NCBI GenBank assembly: GCA_051294375.1
Contig: CM119269.1
Coordinates: 15,263,918-15,327,917 of the forward strand
Length of the DNA stretch: 64,000 nt
Direction of reading: 5' to 3'
Source of the DNA: Paraspadella gotoi
Lineage: Eukaryota > Animalia > Chaetognatha
In this document: positions 1-11,822 of the stretch, in pieces
How the letters are laid out: each line of letters opens with the position of its first letter
How positions within the stretch are numbered: position 1 is the first letter of the stretch
Position numbers and translations under genes: made by a program
The notes under the pieces: model-generated
The model's input: only the letters and a program-made list of their open reading frames with translations
Databases searched by the model: none
Told to the model about the DNA's origin: nothing

Positions 1-315
1 GGTCATAAGACTTTTTATGACGTCGGATGACTCATTTATGTCAAGGATACTAGGACTCTTTAATTCTCATCAGGTTTTTTCAAATGAAGAAAAAAACGGT
101 GTTTCCCAAAATAAACAAAACGAAACTGAAGTACTACCGGGCGAAAACGTCATGCAAACTAAAAAAACCCAAAACGCAAGCAAAAAAATTAAAAAATTAA
201 AACCAAAAAGCGATATATTAAAATAAAATGGTATGGTATTAGCGCACACGCACAAAACATGCGGTTGAGGTGCCAGGCAACGAGGAGAACGAAAAAAGGA
301 AAGGAGGCGGCCTAC

Positions 316-3300
316 CGGGCAAAAGAGCTTCGCCGGCGAACTTGTGCCTCGTATGGCGATCGCCGCTCGACGACGACGAAGGTTCTCGGTATTCCGAGAA
401 ATACGAGAACCAGTCGCCGCCAGAGTCCTCGTGGAGAGAGCGGTGGAGCCGTTGCGGGGTAGGGGCGACGTCGGCCCACGGGGGTCGATCGTCGGAGCCG
501 GAGGCCACACCGGCCGCCGGCGCCGTCGTCACCGGGTCGGCGGCGGACGTCGAGTGAGAAGGCAGGTTAAAGGAGGTCGTGTAGTCAGTAGGAGAAGCCG
601 AGGTGTCGAAAGGAGGCCGAGATCGTTGCAGAGAGGAATCTCGCTGCCGCGATCTGTGGGAAAAAGAGGGCGCCGACGACGTCATGGCCGCCGAGGGTCG
701 CGACGACGGAGCCGGAGGTGGCGCCGTCGCCGGAGTAGGAAGCGGGGACGAACTCCACGGACCGCCGGCCGCGAAAGCCGTCTCTTTCACCGAATCGCAC
801 GCACGCGAGGTCGCGTGAGGGGCCGCAGAGGCGGCGGGACCGCCCGAAGGAGCGGAAGGGGCAGCTCCGTCGCCGCCGGCGGTGCGATCATGAAGAGTTT
901 CGATGCTGAAAACTTTGGAGAAGTCGATGTTGCGAGGAGACGAAGATCCGAAAGCGAAGGCTCCCGGGGTACTTCGTCGATTGTCCCTGATATAAAAAGA
1001 TTTCCCTTTTTAATTATGTACATTGTATAGTATCGACCCTGATGACCTTTCTGGGAAAAAAAGGGTATCTCTCAAAGAGTCAATCACCAAAAAACCTCAC
1101 CGGTTGGCTATTGATGCGCTTAGAGGGCGCGGGGTGACGCCGGCGGCATCCATGTTAGTCGCCATCGAACGTCGTCCGGCACCCGAAGCAAGACCGCCAC
1201 TGTTGGAAGTAACGATACCCGCCGCCGGCTTTTCCTTTAAACATATGAAATTGGTACAACCAATATAAAAATTATCCATTCATTTAATAAATTATATTAC
1301 TTAGTATAAATAAAATAACATTGAGAAAATTAAAATCTTTTCTTACAGTTTTCTACTAATGAGAAGAGTTTAAAATTATTTATATGAATATTAAATAAAT
1401 ATAATTGACAAGTGATCAATTGATCATGCAAAAATCAAATCATGGTGATAATGATTATTCACGATTAATTAAACTGTTGAGGTGTCTTCTCATTCATAAA
1501 ACATTGGATTTACTATTTCAGTCCTCTGAATGAACACGAATAGAAACTTAGTAAAACTTAGAAACAAATCCACATATTCACTATATAAACATTTCCGAGA
1601 AGAATGTAATATTTTAAGATATGTAAACTATGTGTCGAATACTTTTTTTAACATGGTCATGTTTTCAAAACTAAATAAACCTATCTTACCGCCTCGTCGC
1701 TAGAAAAACTGCATTCAAGAGAATCCCCGTCAATGGCCGTTTGGAGATTAGGGTGAGTAGGTTTATCCATGGAGCCGTGACGCGGACTGTTCGTTGTAGA
1801 TCCAGGCAGCGAGAGACTTTTCTGTTTTACATGCCAACAACCATACCCATTTAATTTCCCTTTATTTCGACAAGAAAATCGAAGAGATGTGCAAACCTGA
1901 GCTTCTGTCTGAGGAGTATGAGAATCAGCGATCAAACTCTCCATGTCGACGAAGAAAGGCTACCACAAATCGCCAAAACTTCTTCCCATGGCGCTTTGTT
2001 AAGCGAATTAATTTTATTCGTTTTTTTCCAAAACCGTGCAGGAAGAAATTTTCGAATGATGGTTCGAAATGAAATGTACAAGTCTTTGATAATTAAACTA
2101 GCCCTCTAGATAAAGAGAAACATTCATCGCAAGAACTTTCGCCGTTAAAAGCGTTCGGAAACGAAAGTTGGGGGTGGGGGGGGAGGAAGAGAAAAGATGA
2201 GCACGTCAGCACCGCGATCTCGCGTGACTGGCCTCTGAGCAATGTCAAAGTGACCCATGGAAAGTCGTGAAGGGCTCGGAAAGAAAATCTCATTAGACCT
2301 AATGATCTCGACTTACTTTTTCGGGCGGTTGCCAGTGTCGACTCGCAAATAAAATGCCGAAAAAATAGCGGAAAAGATCAAAAATCGAAGCGAGAAATAG
2401 TTTTTTTTTTTAATATGAAACAACTATGCGGGTCGACGGACTCAGCCAGTCAAAGTCAAAACGAGAGAAGCTGCGGATCCTGTCACACGGTTTAATCGAG
2501 CCAAGATCGAATATCGGGAAAAGCAAGAAAATTTAGCTCCTGCCAAAAAGAGAAAGAAGGAAAAAAAATCCAGTTTCTCATTTTTTTTTTGATGAAAAAT
2601 TAATGTAAATAAAGTTACTTAAACCAAAACAGAAAGAAATTGGCCTCATTACGATTTTTTCAGTTAATTTGATTCGTGATTTGGCGAAAAAAAAATGATT
2701 TCGCAAAAAAAATAAGATCGTTGGTATTTTGCCTTTTTTCTCTAAATTTGTTCGATTCTTAACGGGTGAAATCCATGAAAAAAACCCGGTCATGAAATGA
2801 GCCCAGCGAGGGATTCGCTTTCGAAGAAGGAAAAAAAATCTTACTGGAAACGGCAGAAAATAGAATTCTCTTTTTCTTTCTCTCACTCCCTCCCTCCCAC
2901 TCTGCCGGTATATCCGTTTCCATCGAGGTTTGCCGCCACGCGATTGGCTCGTTCTCATGCCAGAAAACCGCAAAGCTTCCGTTTTTTACGACGACTTACA
3001 GCGAGAGCGCACGAGCGCGGTCCAATGACGGACTTACCATCGCCGAGTCCGCCAATGCGCTGCGAGCAAGGGGCGTTTCTTATCCAATGATGCAACGTCT
3101 AATTTCGGCCAATGCAACTCGGCCGGGACTGGGGAATCGACGAATGAACGGCGCGCAAAGTTTACGCTTTCTCGGTAGGTTAGCGAGAAGGGAGGAAGCG
3201 AGAACGACGACGCCGCGGCTTCTGATCTCGAGAGCGAAGAACGAACCATATTTCTCTTTGCCTTTTCCCACTGCGGTTCCATTTCGATACTTACCCCCAC

Positions 3301-5998
3301 TTTCCTCGGCAACTCTTCCCCGAGAAGCCGCGATTTTTGAGGCGTGTCGCCTCGGTGTAGGAAACGACAACCTGACAAGGGCCCGCCCCTGCTGTCAAGG
3401 GCGCGGGCGTCGCCGAAGCAACGACGTGGCGTGCAATCTCATGCTAATACAAGAACTCGGTTTGCATCGGCTCAGATCGCGCGCCTCACCCGGACAGATA
3501 AAAATCTGACATTTCTTTAAAAAGCAGTCAAGGACCCCCACCCCCTTTTCAGAAAACCAGTTTATACGACTCGGCTTTTGTTAAAAGCATGCTTTTTTGT
3601 GGGAAATTTTAATTCTTTAAATTTAAAATCGAATTATAAGACAGCAAAAGGATAAACTAATTAATTCAAGTAATGTCATGTTGCCATCTTGAAACAAACC
3701 AACGAATATCCAAATAAGAAATTGCTTCAACAAAGAAAAGTATACACTATCCAGGTTTCTTCTCCTATCATACTCATAATCAAGTACCAACTCATAATGC
3801 ATTCCCAAAGCTCGCTGACAAGCTTTTTTGATTTCATTTGGAAATTAGGCGAATGCTGCGAACCGATTGCCAAGATTTTTCTGTCATTATCGATAATAAC
3901 GATAACGATAATATGAATCTATCAATCTCCGGCAAGACGTGCTTGCACTTCTCAACAGATTCTTCGTCTTTTCACTTTCCGTTGCACCGTTTCCAATAGC
4001 TGAGTTTTCTCGGTAAAATTCGTTCAAATTCTATCCATGGAATAAACAAAAAACCAAGAAAAGAAAAGCGAAATCCAAGGAAAGGGTGAAAAATACGTTC
4101 TAGAATCCCAGATGGATTCTTGAATTGAAAACAAACTCCCCTTCCCCGACCCCTTTAAAGAAACACGGATTTTCATGCCTCCCTAAGCCTTTGCGTCTCA
4201 ACTCTAAATTCTAATTTAATTAAAATTTAAGTCTCATATTGGAGAAATAAGTCATGCAAAAAAAGTAGTTTTTAATGTTCCATGGGTATATTTGTTCGGA
4301 ATTTAAATATAGGTTACTTGTTATTTTTTATTCATACGCTAGTTAGATGACATTTCCATTGTTCTTTTTTTTAATTTCTTTCTTTCTTACTGGATGATAT
4401 TCTCGTCCGATGGAACTAGAAGGCAGTTTTTTTCGTGGAAGAAAAAAACTGAAACAACAAAAGAGCAATGGCGTCATAGAACAAAACTGTTTAGCTTGCG
4501 GTAGCCGACCAAATTTAAATTTAGAAAGGAACATCATTAAACCAAATCCATTACTGTATTAATTATTACGTTAAATTATTTTGGGTTAATGTTACTTTCG
4601 CCGACCGAGGTTAGGGGGGGGTTTAGAATAATTTTAACTTTCAGAATAACTTGGGGTTAAAAATAATTAAGGTTAAGGGTTAAAATAATTACTAATTTGA
4701 TTAAATTTTTTTAAAACTTTAAAAAAAAAATATTTTAAATATTTTTTTAAAAAATACTAAACCCGGTCGGCGAAAGTAAAATTTTACCATTTTTTTGTGG
4801 CAAAAATATTCCTAACCACTAATTTAAATAATTATGTTACTATATAATATATTCCCCTTCCCAAAATGAAATAATTAGATATATTGATAAGTAAAATATT
4901 TTTAAGAAAGCAATACGTATATATTTAAAGAATATAGATTAAATAGTAAATCCTTCATAAAATATCATTATCTTGTAAGAGTGATGGAGGCCTTAAACCA
5001 CCAAAGCTTGTCCAAAGTCAGGGGCAAGATAGCTTATTTATTAAATGAATGGATAATTTTTATATTGGTTGTACCAATTTCATAAAAATAAAAAATATTG
5101 AAACAAATTTTTTTTAATAGATTCTGATAGAGATTAAAAAGTTAAGCAAAAAATGTAATTACAACTTTTTAAAATTTGGATATTTAATGACTAAAAATTA
5201 GCAAAAAATATTAAAATCATTGTATGATGATGATAATAATTTTTTAATTTTTTTAAAAATTTGACCCACACAAAAAATTAATTGAAATATTCATTCAGAG
5301 GACTTTTTACATTATTTTAAAAGGGACGGTGAAGAAGACACATCGCCAATCCACATGCCAGTCGTTTTGGCCGAAGTTATTTGACCAGTTAATAAAAACA
5401 AAGAGAACAAGAGATCTCCTATCAATATCTTAGGCCAAAACGACTGGCCTGTGGATCGGCGAACTGTCTTCCATAATGGTACTTCTGCCTTATATACCAC
5501 AGATGGGCTTTTGTAAATGTATTAAAAAGCACCAAAAATTTTAAAGCTAAAAATGGCAAAAAATTCCATGCTGACGGAATCTCCCCTTGATCAACAGTTG
5601 ACTACAATTTGAATAACAAAAAATTAATTCATCACTTCTAAAGTTCAGAATTAAGTTTTATAAAATGTTATTTCATCGAATTTAATATTAAACATTAGAC
5701 AATTGTATAACGACACGGCTTATTGTACAATGACAGTCTACACTAATATCAGTGCGAAAACTTACGTTTTGTTGAGCCCGTTGATGTCTCTCCTGCGTTT
5801 GGCGTCTTCGTTGTTCATCCCTGGCCTGCATTTCTTCTAATTTACGCCGCCGATCTTCTTGCTGAGCGCGTCGGTGATCAGCGGCGGCGCGCTGGGCATC
5901 CCGAATCGCGTCTATCTTGGTTTGAGGGGCGGCGCTGCCAGCCGGGGATGAGGAAACGCCATTGACGCCGTGCGACAGCGCCGCAGCGACTCCAGTTC
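316..5998 (-). CDS. Ensconsin/MAP7-like microtubule-associated protein, partial multi-exon gene (exons 5766-5998, 1897-1959, 1690-1821, 1101-1234, 316-986; probably continues left of the window)
   Basis: GT-AG exons with consistent phases. Exon 5766-5998 encodes the coiled coil KIDAIRDAQRAAADHRRAQQEDRRRKLEEMQARDEQRRRQTQER, which resembles the ensconsin N-terminal microtubule-binding helix. Exon 316-986 begins RDNRRSTPGAFAFGSSSPRNID, matching the FAFGSS(T/S)PR motif I recall from invertebrate ensconsin. Extra exons between 2000 and 5700 (e.g. ~3037-3130, ~3294-3371) cannot be excluded. The last exon may instead read through to the stop at 239-241. Confidence 0.6.
4583..4788. mobile_element. 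MITE-like element with ~30-bp TIRs and internal TTAGGG-like repeats
   Basis: TTACTTTCGCCGACCG (4592-4607) is the perfect reverse complement of CGGTCGGCGAAAGTAA (4764-4779). A second copy lies at 18991-19202 in the opposite orientation. Confidence 0.7.
5334..5471. repeat. Inverted repeat / hairpin, 39-bp arms
   Basis: 5334-5372 against the reverse complement of 5433-5471 shows 4 mismatches. Confidence 0.8.
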
Positions 5999-6248
5999 CT
6001 GTAAATGATGGGACAACGAGAGTTTACTTGGCTTATAACTTGGGAGCGTTTCAAAACGAATTTAATTGCGTATCAATTGGGTATCGAATTGCAGTGAGTC
6101 TGAGCCTAAGTTGTACTTCATTCAAATAATGATAACCCCGGCGATAAGAAAGTGGTTCGCTGGTGATGTCGAGAGCTGGGGAAACTGGTTAGGGTTTGGA
6201 TCAGGGCCCTGTTTAGAGTTAGGGATTGCTGGCTGCCTCCCGCTTAAC

Positions 6249-8673
6249 CAGAGATGTGGACGCGATCCGGAAAGCGTAAGAGAATCACTGTGGAAGCGGC
6301 CGATTTTGAAGAACCCGAAACCGGGAGCGATAGAAAAATGTAGAATAAAGGATTGAACCCGGAAGCTATAATAACCCTGCGTGTTCGCTTCCTGGTCATT
6401 TGTTTTTATTGGTTAGAAATGAAAGGTATTTAATGTATTAAAATCTTTGCAACCCCCTGCTCTTTCTTGATTTTTCTTTTAAAAATTTGTTTTTAATATT
6501 TATTTTCAACATTTAAAATTGTTTGCTCCTAATTTTTTTATTCACTTTTTCTTATTCTTTCTTTTATTTTTTTGTTTTCTTTTATTCTCTTTTCCCTTTG
6601 GTCGAGAATCTATGAAAAAAATTACATATTTATTTTTCTAATTATTCTTTTTAATATATTCAAATAAAATCTGAGCTGAAAAAAGATTTTTTCTATCTGA
6701 AAAAAAAACTGTAATTAAGTTAAATTAAAATTTAAATTAAACTTTTTTAATTCTATAAAACTAAAAATTTTAATTCTTATATTTTTATTATTTTTCTTTA
6801 AATTTAAGTTGTTTTTTTTAAATCCATAATATTTTTTCATGTTATAAACAAGTTTAAACCAAAAGGATTGATCTGTTTTATTAGCAATATTGCATAATAT
6901 TATGCTTATACATACTTAAATCTCCTACACACTCTCTCTCTCTATCTTCTTTCTTTTTACCCCTCTTGCACTGAACAAAAAAGCAAATAAAAAAAATATA
7001 TAAAATAAATAAATCAAAATTATTAATAAACAAGTTTGAGCAAACAATGCCGGATCTGCCCAGATCATTAGCAGTAATTAATTGATTATTTAATTTAAAA
7101 AAATGATTTAATAAATTACATATTAATTAAAATAATAACATCGAACATTTGGGAGCTCAAATGATTTGAACAAAGACGACAACGACGATGAATACAATGA
7201 CAAAAACGATGACGAAGTCTTTGTACTTTGTGAGCCGTAGTACAGTAGTGGTCATAAGAATGACCTGTTTTTACCCAATCTTGTTATGGCTGACCTTTTT
7301 CTCATCCAATGTAAATACTAGTTGTTGTTGTTATTATTTTTATCATTTTTACTTTTTTACTGTTTTTGATAATACCAGGTTTTCTTTATCACAAAAAACA
7401 CGCCTCAAATTTTTTCTATAAATTTTAGTTTTGAGTTACCGCAAACATTATAAAAATATTTTAATTAATTAATTTAGAGAAAGTAAAGAATTTTGAATTT
7501 GTAACAACGATTTTTAATTAATAGTTGGACATGTTTCGGCTTGTTTACTTCAAGCCTTCATCAGCATATGACATTCAATAATAAATTTGTGTAAAAGACG
7601 AGTGTGTGAGAGAGAGAGAGAGAGGGTAAAAGTTTTTCCAACAAAGTGGTGAGACAGAATAGTGGTCAGATATGAGGACAGGTTGAAGGTAAGGGCAGAT
7701 TGAGTGAGTTGTGAAAAGAAGTGAAACTTGTTAAAGAGAGAGAGAGAGAAACAAAACAACAGGGATAAATAAATAATAAAGATATATTTTTGCAATGTAC
7801 AACAAAGATAAAGGAGTTTAATTAATTAAATAATTAATGATGGCAACCACGACAATGTAATACCGACGATGACAAATTGATTGATTGCTTAATTTTTTGA
7901 TTGATTGATTGAATATTTTATTCATTGATTGAATAATTAATTAACTGATTAGTTCTGGAGGATAGCACCATCATGATTAATTGAATGATTGATTGATCAA
8001 ATAAAATAAATTCATATTAGGGCTGTTAATTTTTAGGTCTTTTTGTCAGGTAAAAGCAACAACGACGTTGGAGATGACAATAATAACACTGACATTGTTT
8101 AATTGATTGATTAATTAATTAATTGGTTCTTTTAATAATTTTTTGATAAATAAATTTATTAATTAGTTGATTGATAAATTAATTTATTATTTAATTGATT
8201 GATTGATAAAAAAATTGATTCATTAATTTTTTAAGTGATTTTTATTGATTAGTTTTTAGTTAATGATTGATTGATTAATTAATTGATTAATTGAATAATT
8301 AATGCAGCTTGTATTATATTTAATAAAAAAAAAGCAAATAGGGAAAAAAGTTTTTGTTTTTTTTTTTTATTAAACTCATTTCCACTCGAACGATTCTTAT
8401 AATCTTACAATTTTTCATAGTAAAAATTTCACTTGTTATTTTAACAAAAAAGATTGTTTAAAATTATTCTACCAATGAATTACATGTCTAAAGAGAGCAT
8501 TTTTATGAATAATAACAAATGTAAAATTTCTAAAGGAAGGAAGCGATGTGCACTCGAAACCGAAAGCGATCCGGGCTAAAAAAGTAAGGATTGCACCCGA
8601 AAACGGGAGCGGGAGGGGTCTTGGAAGCGCCGGATTGGCAGCGGCGGAAAAATCGATCGCTTCCACATCTCTG
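6249..8673. mobile_element. Non-autonomous hAT-type DNA transposon (2425 bp) in an intron
   Basis: TIRs CAGAGATGTGGAcGCGATC (from 6249) and GATCGCtTCCACATCTCTG (ending 8673), 18/19 match. A perfect 8-bp target-site duplication CGCTTAAC lies at 6241-6248 and 8674-8681. Subterminal GGAAGCG-like repeats are present. No transposase ORF; the interior is AT-rich. Confidence 0.85.
7524..7568 (-). ncRNA. Minimal hammerhead ribozyme motif, second family (nested in the hAT element)
   Basis: The minus strand reads TG-CTGATGA-A-GGCTTG(AAGTAAA)CAAGCC-GAAA-CATG-TC-CA, with a 6-bp stem II, palindromic ACATGT stem III and a GUC cleavage triplet. Stem I is weak. A CT-rich tract precedes it on the minus strand. 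Confidence 0.6.
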
Positions 8674-9446
8674 CGCTTAACCAAAGCTTAATTTTAACCA
8701 GTTTCGGGCTGTCTGTACTTTAGTTTATCCCATTTTTACATTCGCCGATCGGGATTTTGCGGTCGGTTATTTGTTTTTCGCTTCTTATAGAAATTTCATA
8801 ACATAAAAATAAATGACACTGGTAAGGGTAGAAAATCTTTATATCATAAATTTCATTTCGAAACCTCCCTTAACCCTAACTACCCCTAATCCCTAAACCT
8901 AACCACTAAGGCGTAGTGAAAGTTACATACGAAAATTCTAAATGTCAATTATGAACAACATACCATCAGTAAATATTAATTTGTAAAAAAAATTAATTTT
9001 ATATTTTTTAATTTTCGCAGTAGGCTATATTTATATATAGTACTTTCCTTATAAAATCGAAAAATTTTAAAATAGGCTTTTCTTAATTTTGATTGCAGAT
9101 TTGAATTTCTCGTCAAAAGTTGATATAAGAAAATATAAATCATTTTTAAAAATTCTTTCATTAAGTGGTAAAAAAAATTGTTTAATGTTTATGTACGAGT
9201 TTTATTAAGAAATATAAATTTCGAATATATTCCGGCTTCAATGTAAGCCTTAATAAATACAAAAACGAATTGATTTGTAAAGCAAATATTTTCACAAAGT
9301 TTGAAGAGAGAGTCTATAAAAATATTTGTTTCACAAGTCAATTCGCTTCTTCGCTGATTAGATGAAGACTAACATTGAAGTCCGAAATTTATATTTTGAA
9401 GAGACAGTGATAATTGTTATGTGTTAGTGACAGAACCGTTCAATAT

Positions 9447-9630
9447 AAGCAGTCCCTTAGCTTCGGATCAGGCTGTAACACCATGTTACAGGCGGGTTAA
9501 GCGCCCCGTCCCTCTTAACTGCTAGGCGGCCACCAGGCTAGAACCCTGGACCTTTGGGTTGGGAGGCGAATGACTTGCCTCCGGCACCAATGACCACTGA
9601 TGAACGGTTGGTGGATTTTAGTCCACCATA
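9447..9630 (-). mobile_element. tRNA-derived SINE-like element (family A)
   Basis: Minus-strand tRNA-like head at 9525-9598 (acceptor-like stem GTGGTCA/TGGCCGC, CTCCCAA loop, B-box-like GGTTCTAGCC). A partial second copy lies at 18893-18970. Confidence 0.65.
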
Positions 9631-11555
9631 ATTTCTTAATAAAACTCGTTGTACATTAACAAATAATTCATTTTCTACCTCAAACATAAAAATATCAATT
9701 AAAAAAATTTTAAAAAAATTATTTATTATAAAATTTAAAAAATTGTATATTCCTGTGAAAACTAAGACTCGACGCTGGAGGGAAAACAAAATAAAATATA
9801 TTAACAAAGCACCGACCGCTGGTATCTAAAGTTGGTTGCGGACGTCGAATAGTAAAGTTACCCTGATATTTTTTGTGATATTTATAATTTAATGTACAAT
9901 TGGGCATATAATTATCATCTAATTATTAGTTTTAAAAGATACAAAGTACCCAATCATTAGACAAATATGAAATCTACGCCACTTTGTTAAGCACACAAAA
10001 TGCAACAGTTTGTCACCATACCTTTTAAATTTAACTAAGTTTTCATTGATTATGAATTCGTGAAACATTAAAAGGTAAAAAAATAAGTTTATCGACGAAT
10101 TTGAAGACTTCATTAGGGTCGAGAAGACATTAGAATTATATTTTTTCTACTAGAAATGTTACGGACGAAAAAAATCGTACTAACATTAAATTTTAAATTT
10201 TTTTTTTGTTCACTTTTTTCATCTCTCACATGATTTAATAAGCTGTTAATTTCACTTTTGATTAATATATTTTTAACTACTAGATTTTGAGCGTGACGTG
10301 GGACGTGGCGTAAAAAAAGTTGAATAAAATTTTTTATTTAGACACTAATCTCAATGTTCCAAGCCTCAAACAAAATTCCTTTTTCAAGCTGAGATTTTAT
10401 TTCTGACGCTTCAACTGCACGTGACAAATTTGTACGTGACAAATTTTCAGAAAAATCCTGAGGGACCGTAAAACATGAGTGGTGAATAGTAAGATTAAGA
10501 GATACGTATAATTTAAAAATAAATTTGAGCGATATAATGTAGCAGCAGTGTAAAGTCCAGACGACCGTAACTCAGATGCTCTTTTAATATAGGAGATATC
10601 GACATACGTCTCTTTCTCTCTTTTGCGGTCATTCCAGATTCTGCTCTGAAACGGGACTCTTCTCTAAAATAATAAACATTTGTGGACGCTTAGTGGATTC
10701 TTTGTGGATTTGTTTATTTACTATTGCTTCTTTTATTATTAGTTAGTATTATTATTATTGTCTGTATGAATATCTATATGCTTTGATTATTTTATTAAGG
10801 TACCATTAAATATCAAGACTCCAAGTGGATAAGAAACTTATAAACTTTACGGCGCCAGCGGTCCCGGTCTTTAGTCCAGTTTCTCTCCCGACGTCTTCTC
10901 CCTCTCCGCTAGGTCGAGGAGGGGGTTCTTTCAGCAGTCGTTACTTAATAATCAATGCAGCATTTTGTTAAAAGGGTCAAAGTTATACCTAACTAATTCA
11001 ATAATGCAAAATGCGAATAAAAAGTATAAGCAAGCAATGCAATAAAAACAACGACGCTATGATCCCGTAGCGTAACGGTCGCTATTGGGACGGTCGCTTC
11101 GTGCGATGGTCGTACTCATTAGGTTACTCGTCGTCAAAATAGAGGGAGAATCTCAAAACTAAAGCAAGATCAGCTCGACTAAGTGGCAAGGGCGTGTAAA
11201 ACTGTGGGGGCGGAAAGTGGCCCCGAGAGAAAGTTTAATAAAAACCAAAATAATATTACTTATCAAAAGAAAATACAATAAGATTCCCACGGAGCCTTGA
11301 CTTGAAATTGGTTCAAACAAATTGAATCCTTGCCAGACATGCCAGACATGTATAATTAAACATAGCTAATCGATTTTGTTTTCTTGCATCTTTTGCTATG
11401 TGAATTGTGAAGTCTTCAATGTTCAAGATTTTTAAATTTTACCTATTAACTTCTACCCCTAACCTTAAGAACCTATAAACGCCCCTTGTTCATTTAACTC
11501 CTGACTACGTCCCTTCTACCCTTATTTCCCTTTGTAATTTATAAAATCAAAACTT

Positions 11556-11703
11556 TGGCTGATCGGGCTAAATCATCTCGGATTCAATCCCTGGGTATCT
11601 CAGTTCTGTCATATATGTGACGGGACCGGTTTAACTATTCCAGTGACAGGAGGCGGTTACTTGAGGGTCCGCACTCCGCAACACCCACGCCCCGTTGCAT
11701 AAA
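11556..11703 (+). mobile_element. SINE-like family B copy
   Basis: TGGCTGATCGGG...TTCAATCCCTGGGTATC...CAGTGACAGGAGGCGGTTACTTGAGGGTCCGCA aligns with the reverse complement of 25108-25300. Confidence 0.7.
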
Positions 11704-11822
11704 ATCACAAAGATATTTTAACAGAAATATATGAGATCCCAATGCCAGAAAAGGATTATAAGATATCAATCTCAGAAATTGTTGTATTTGTTGATGTTGA
11801 AAGAAGCTGAAAGAGCACTCAC

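Noticed and set aside
344-1030. 228-aa Arg-rich plus-strand ORF (and similar antisense ORFs at 23136-23525, 25474-26037, 28687-29235)
   Set aside because: These are shadow frames opposite GC-rich real exons.
1036-1070. CTGATGA...GAAA in an intron
   Set aside because: Only a 2-bp stem II and no UH cleavage site; a chance match.
9355-9395. Hammerhead-like GATGA-A-GACT...AGTC-CGAAA
   Set aside because: The core reads TAGATGA instead of CTGATGA and stem I is missing; at best a dead relic.
9525-9598. Functional tRNA-Gly(CCC) gene
   Set aside because: The anticodon stem does not pair, the T-loop is altered, and it is embedded in a dispersed repeat.
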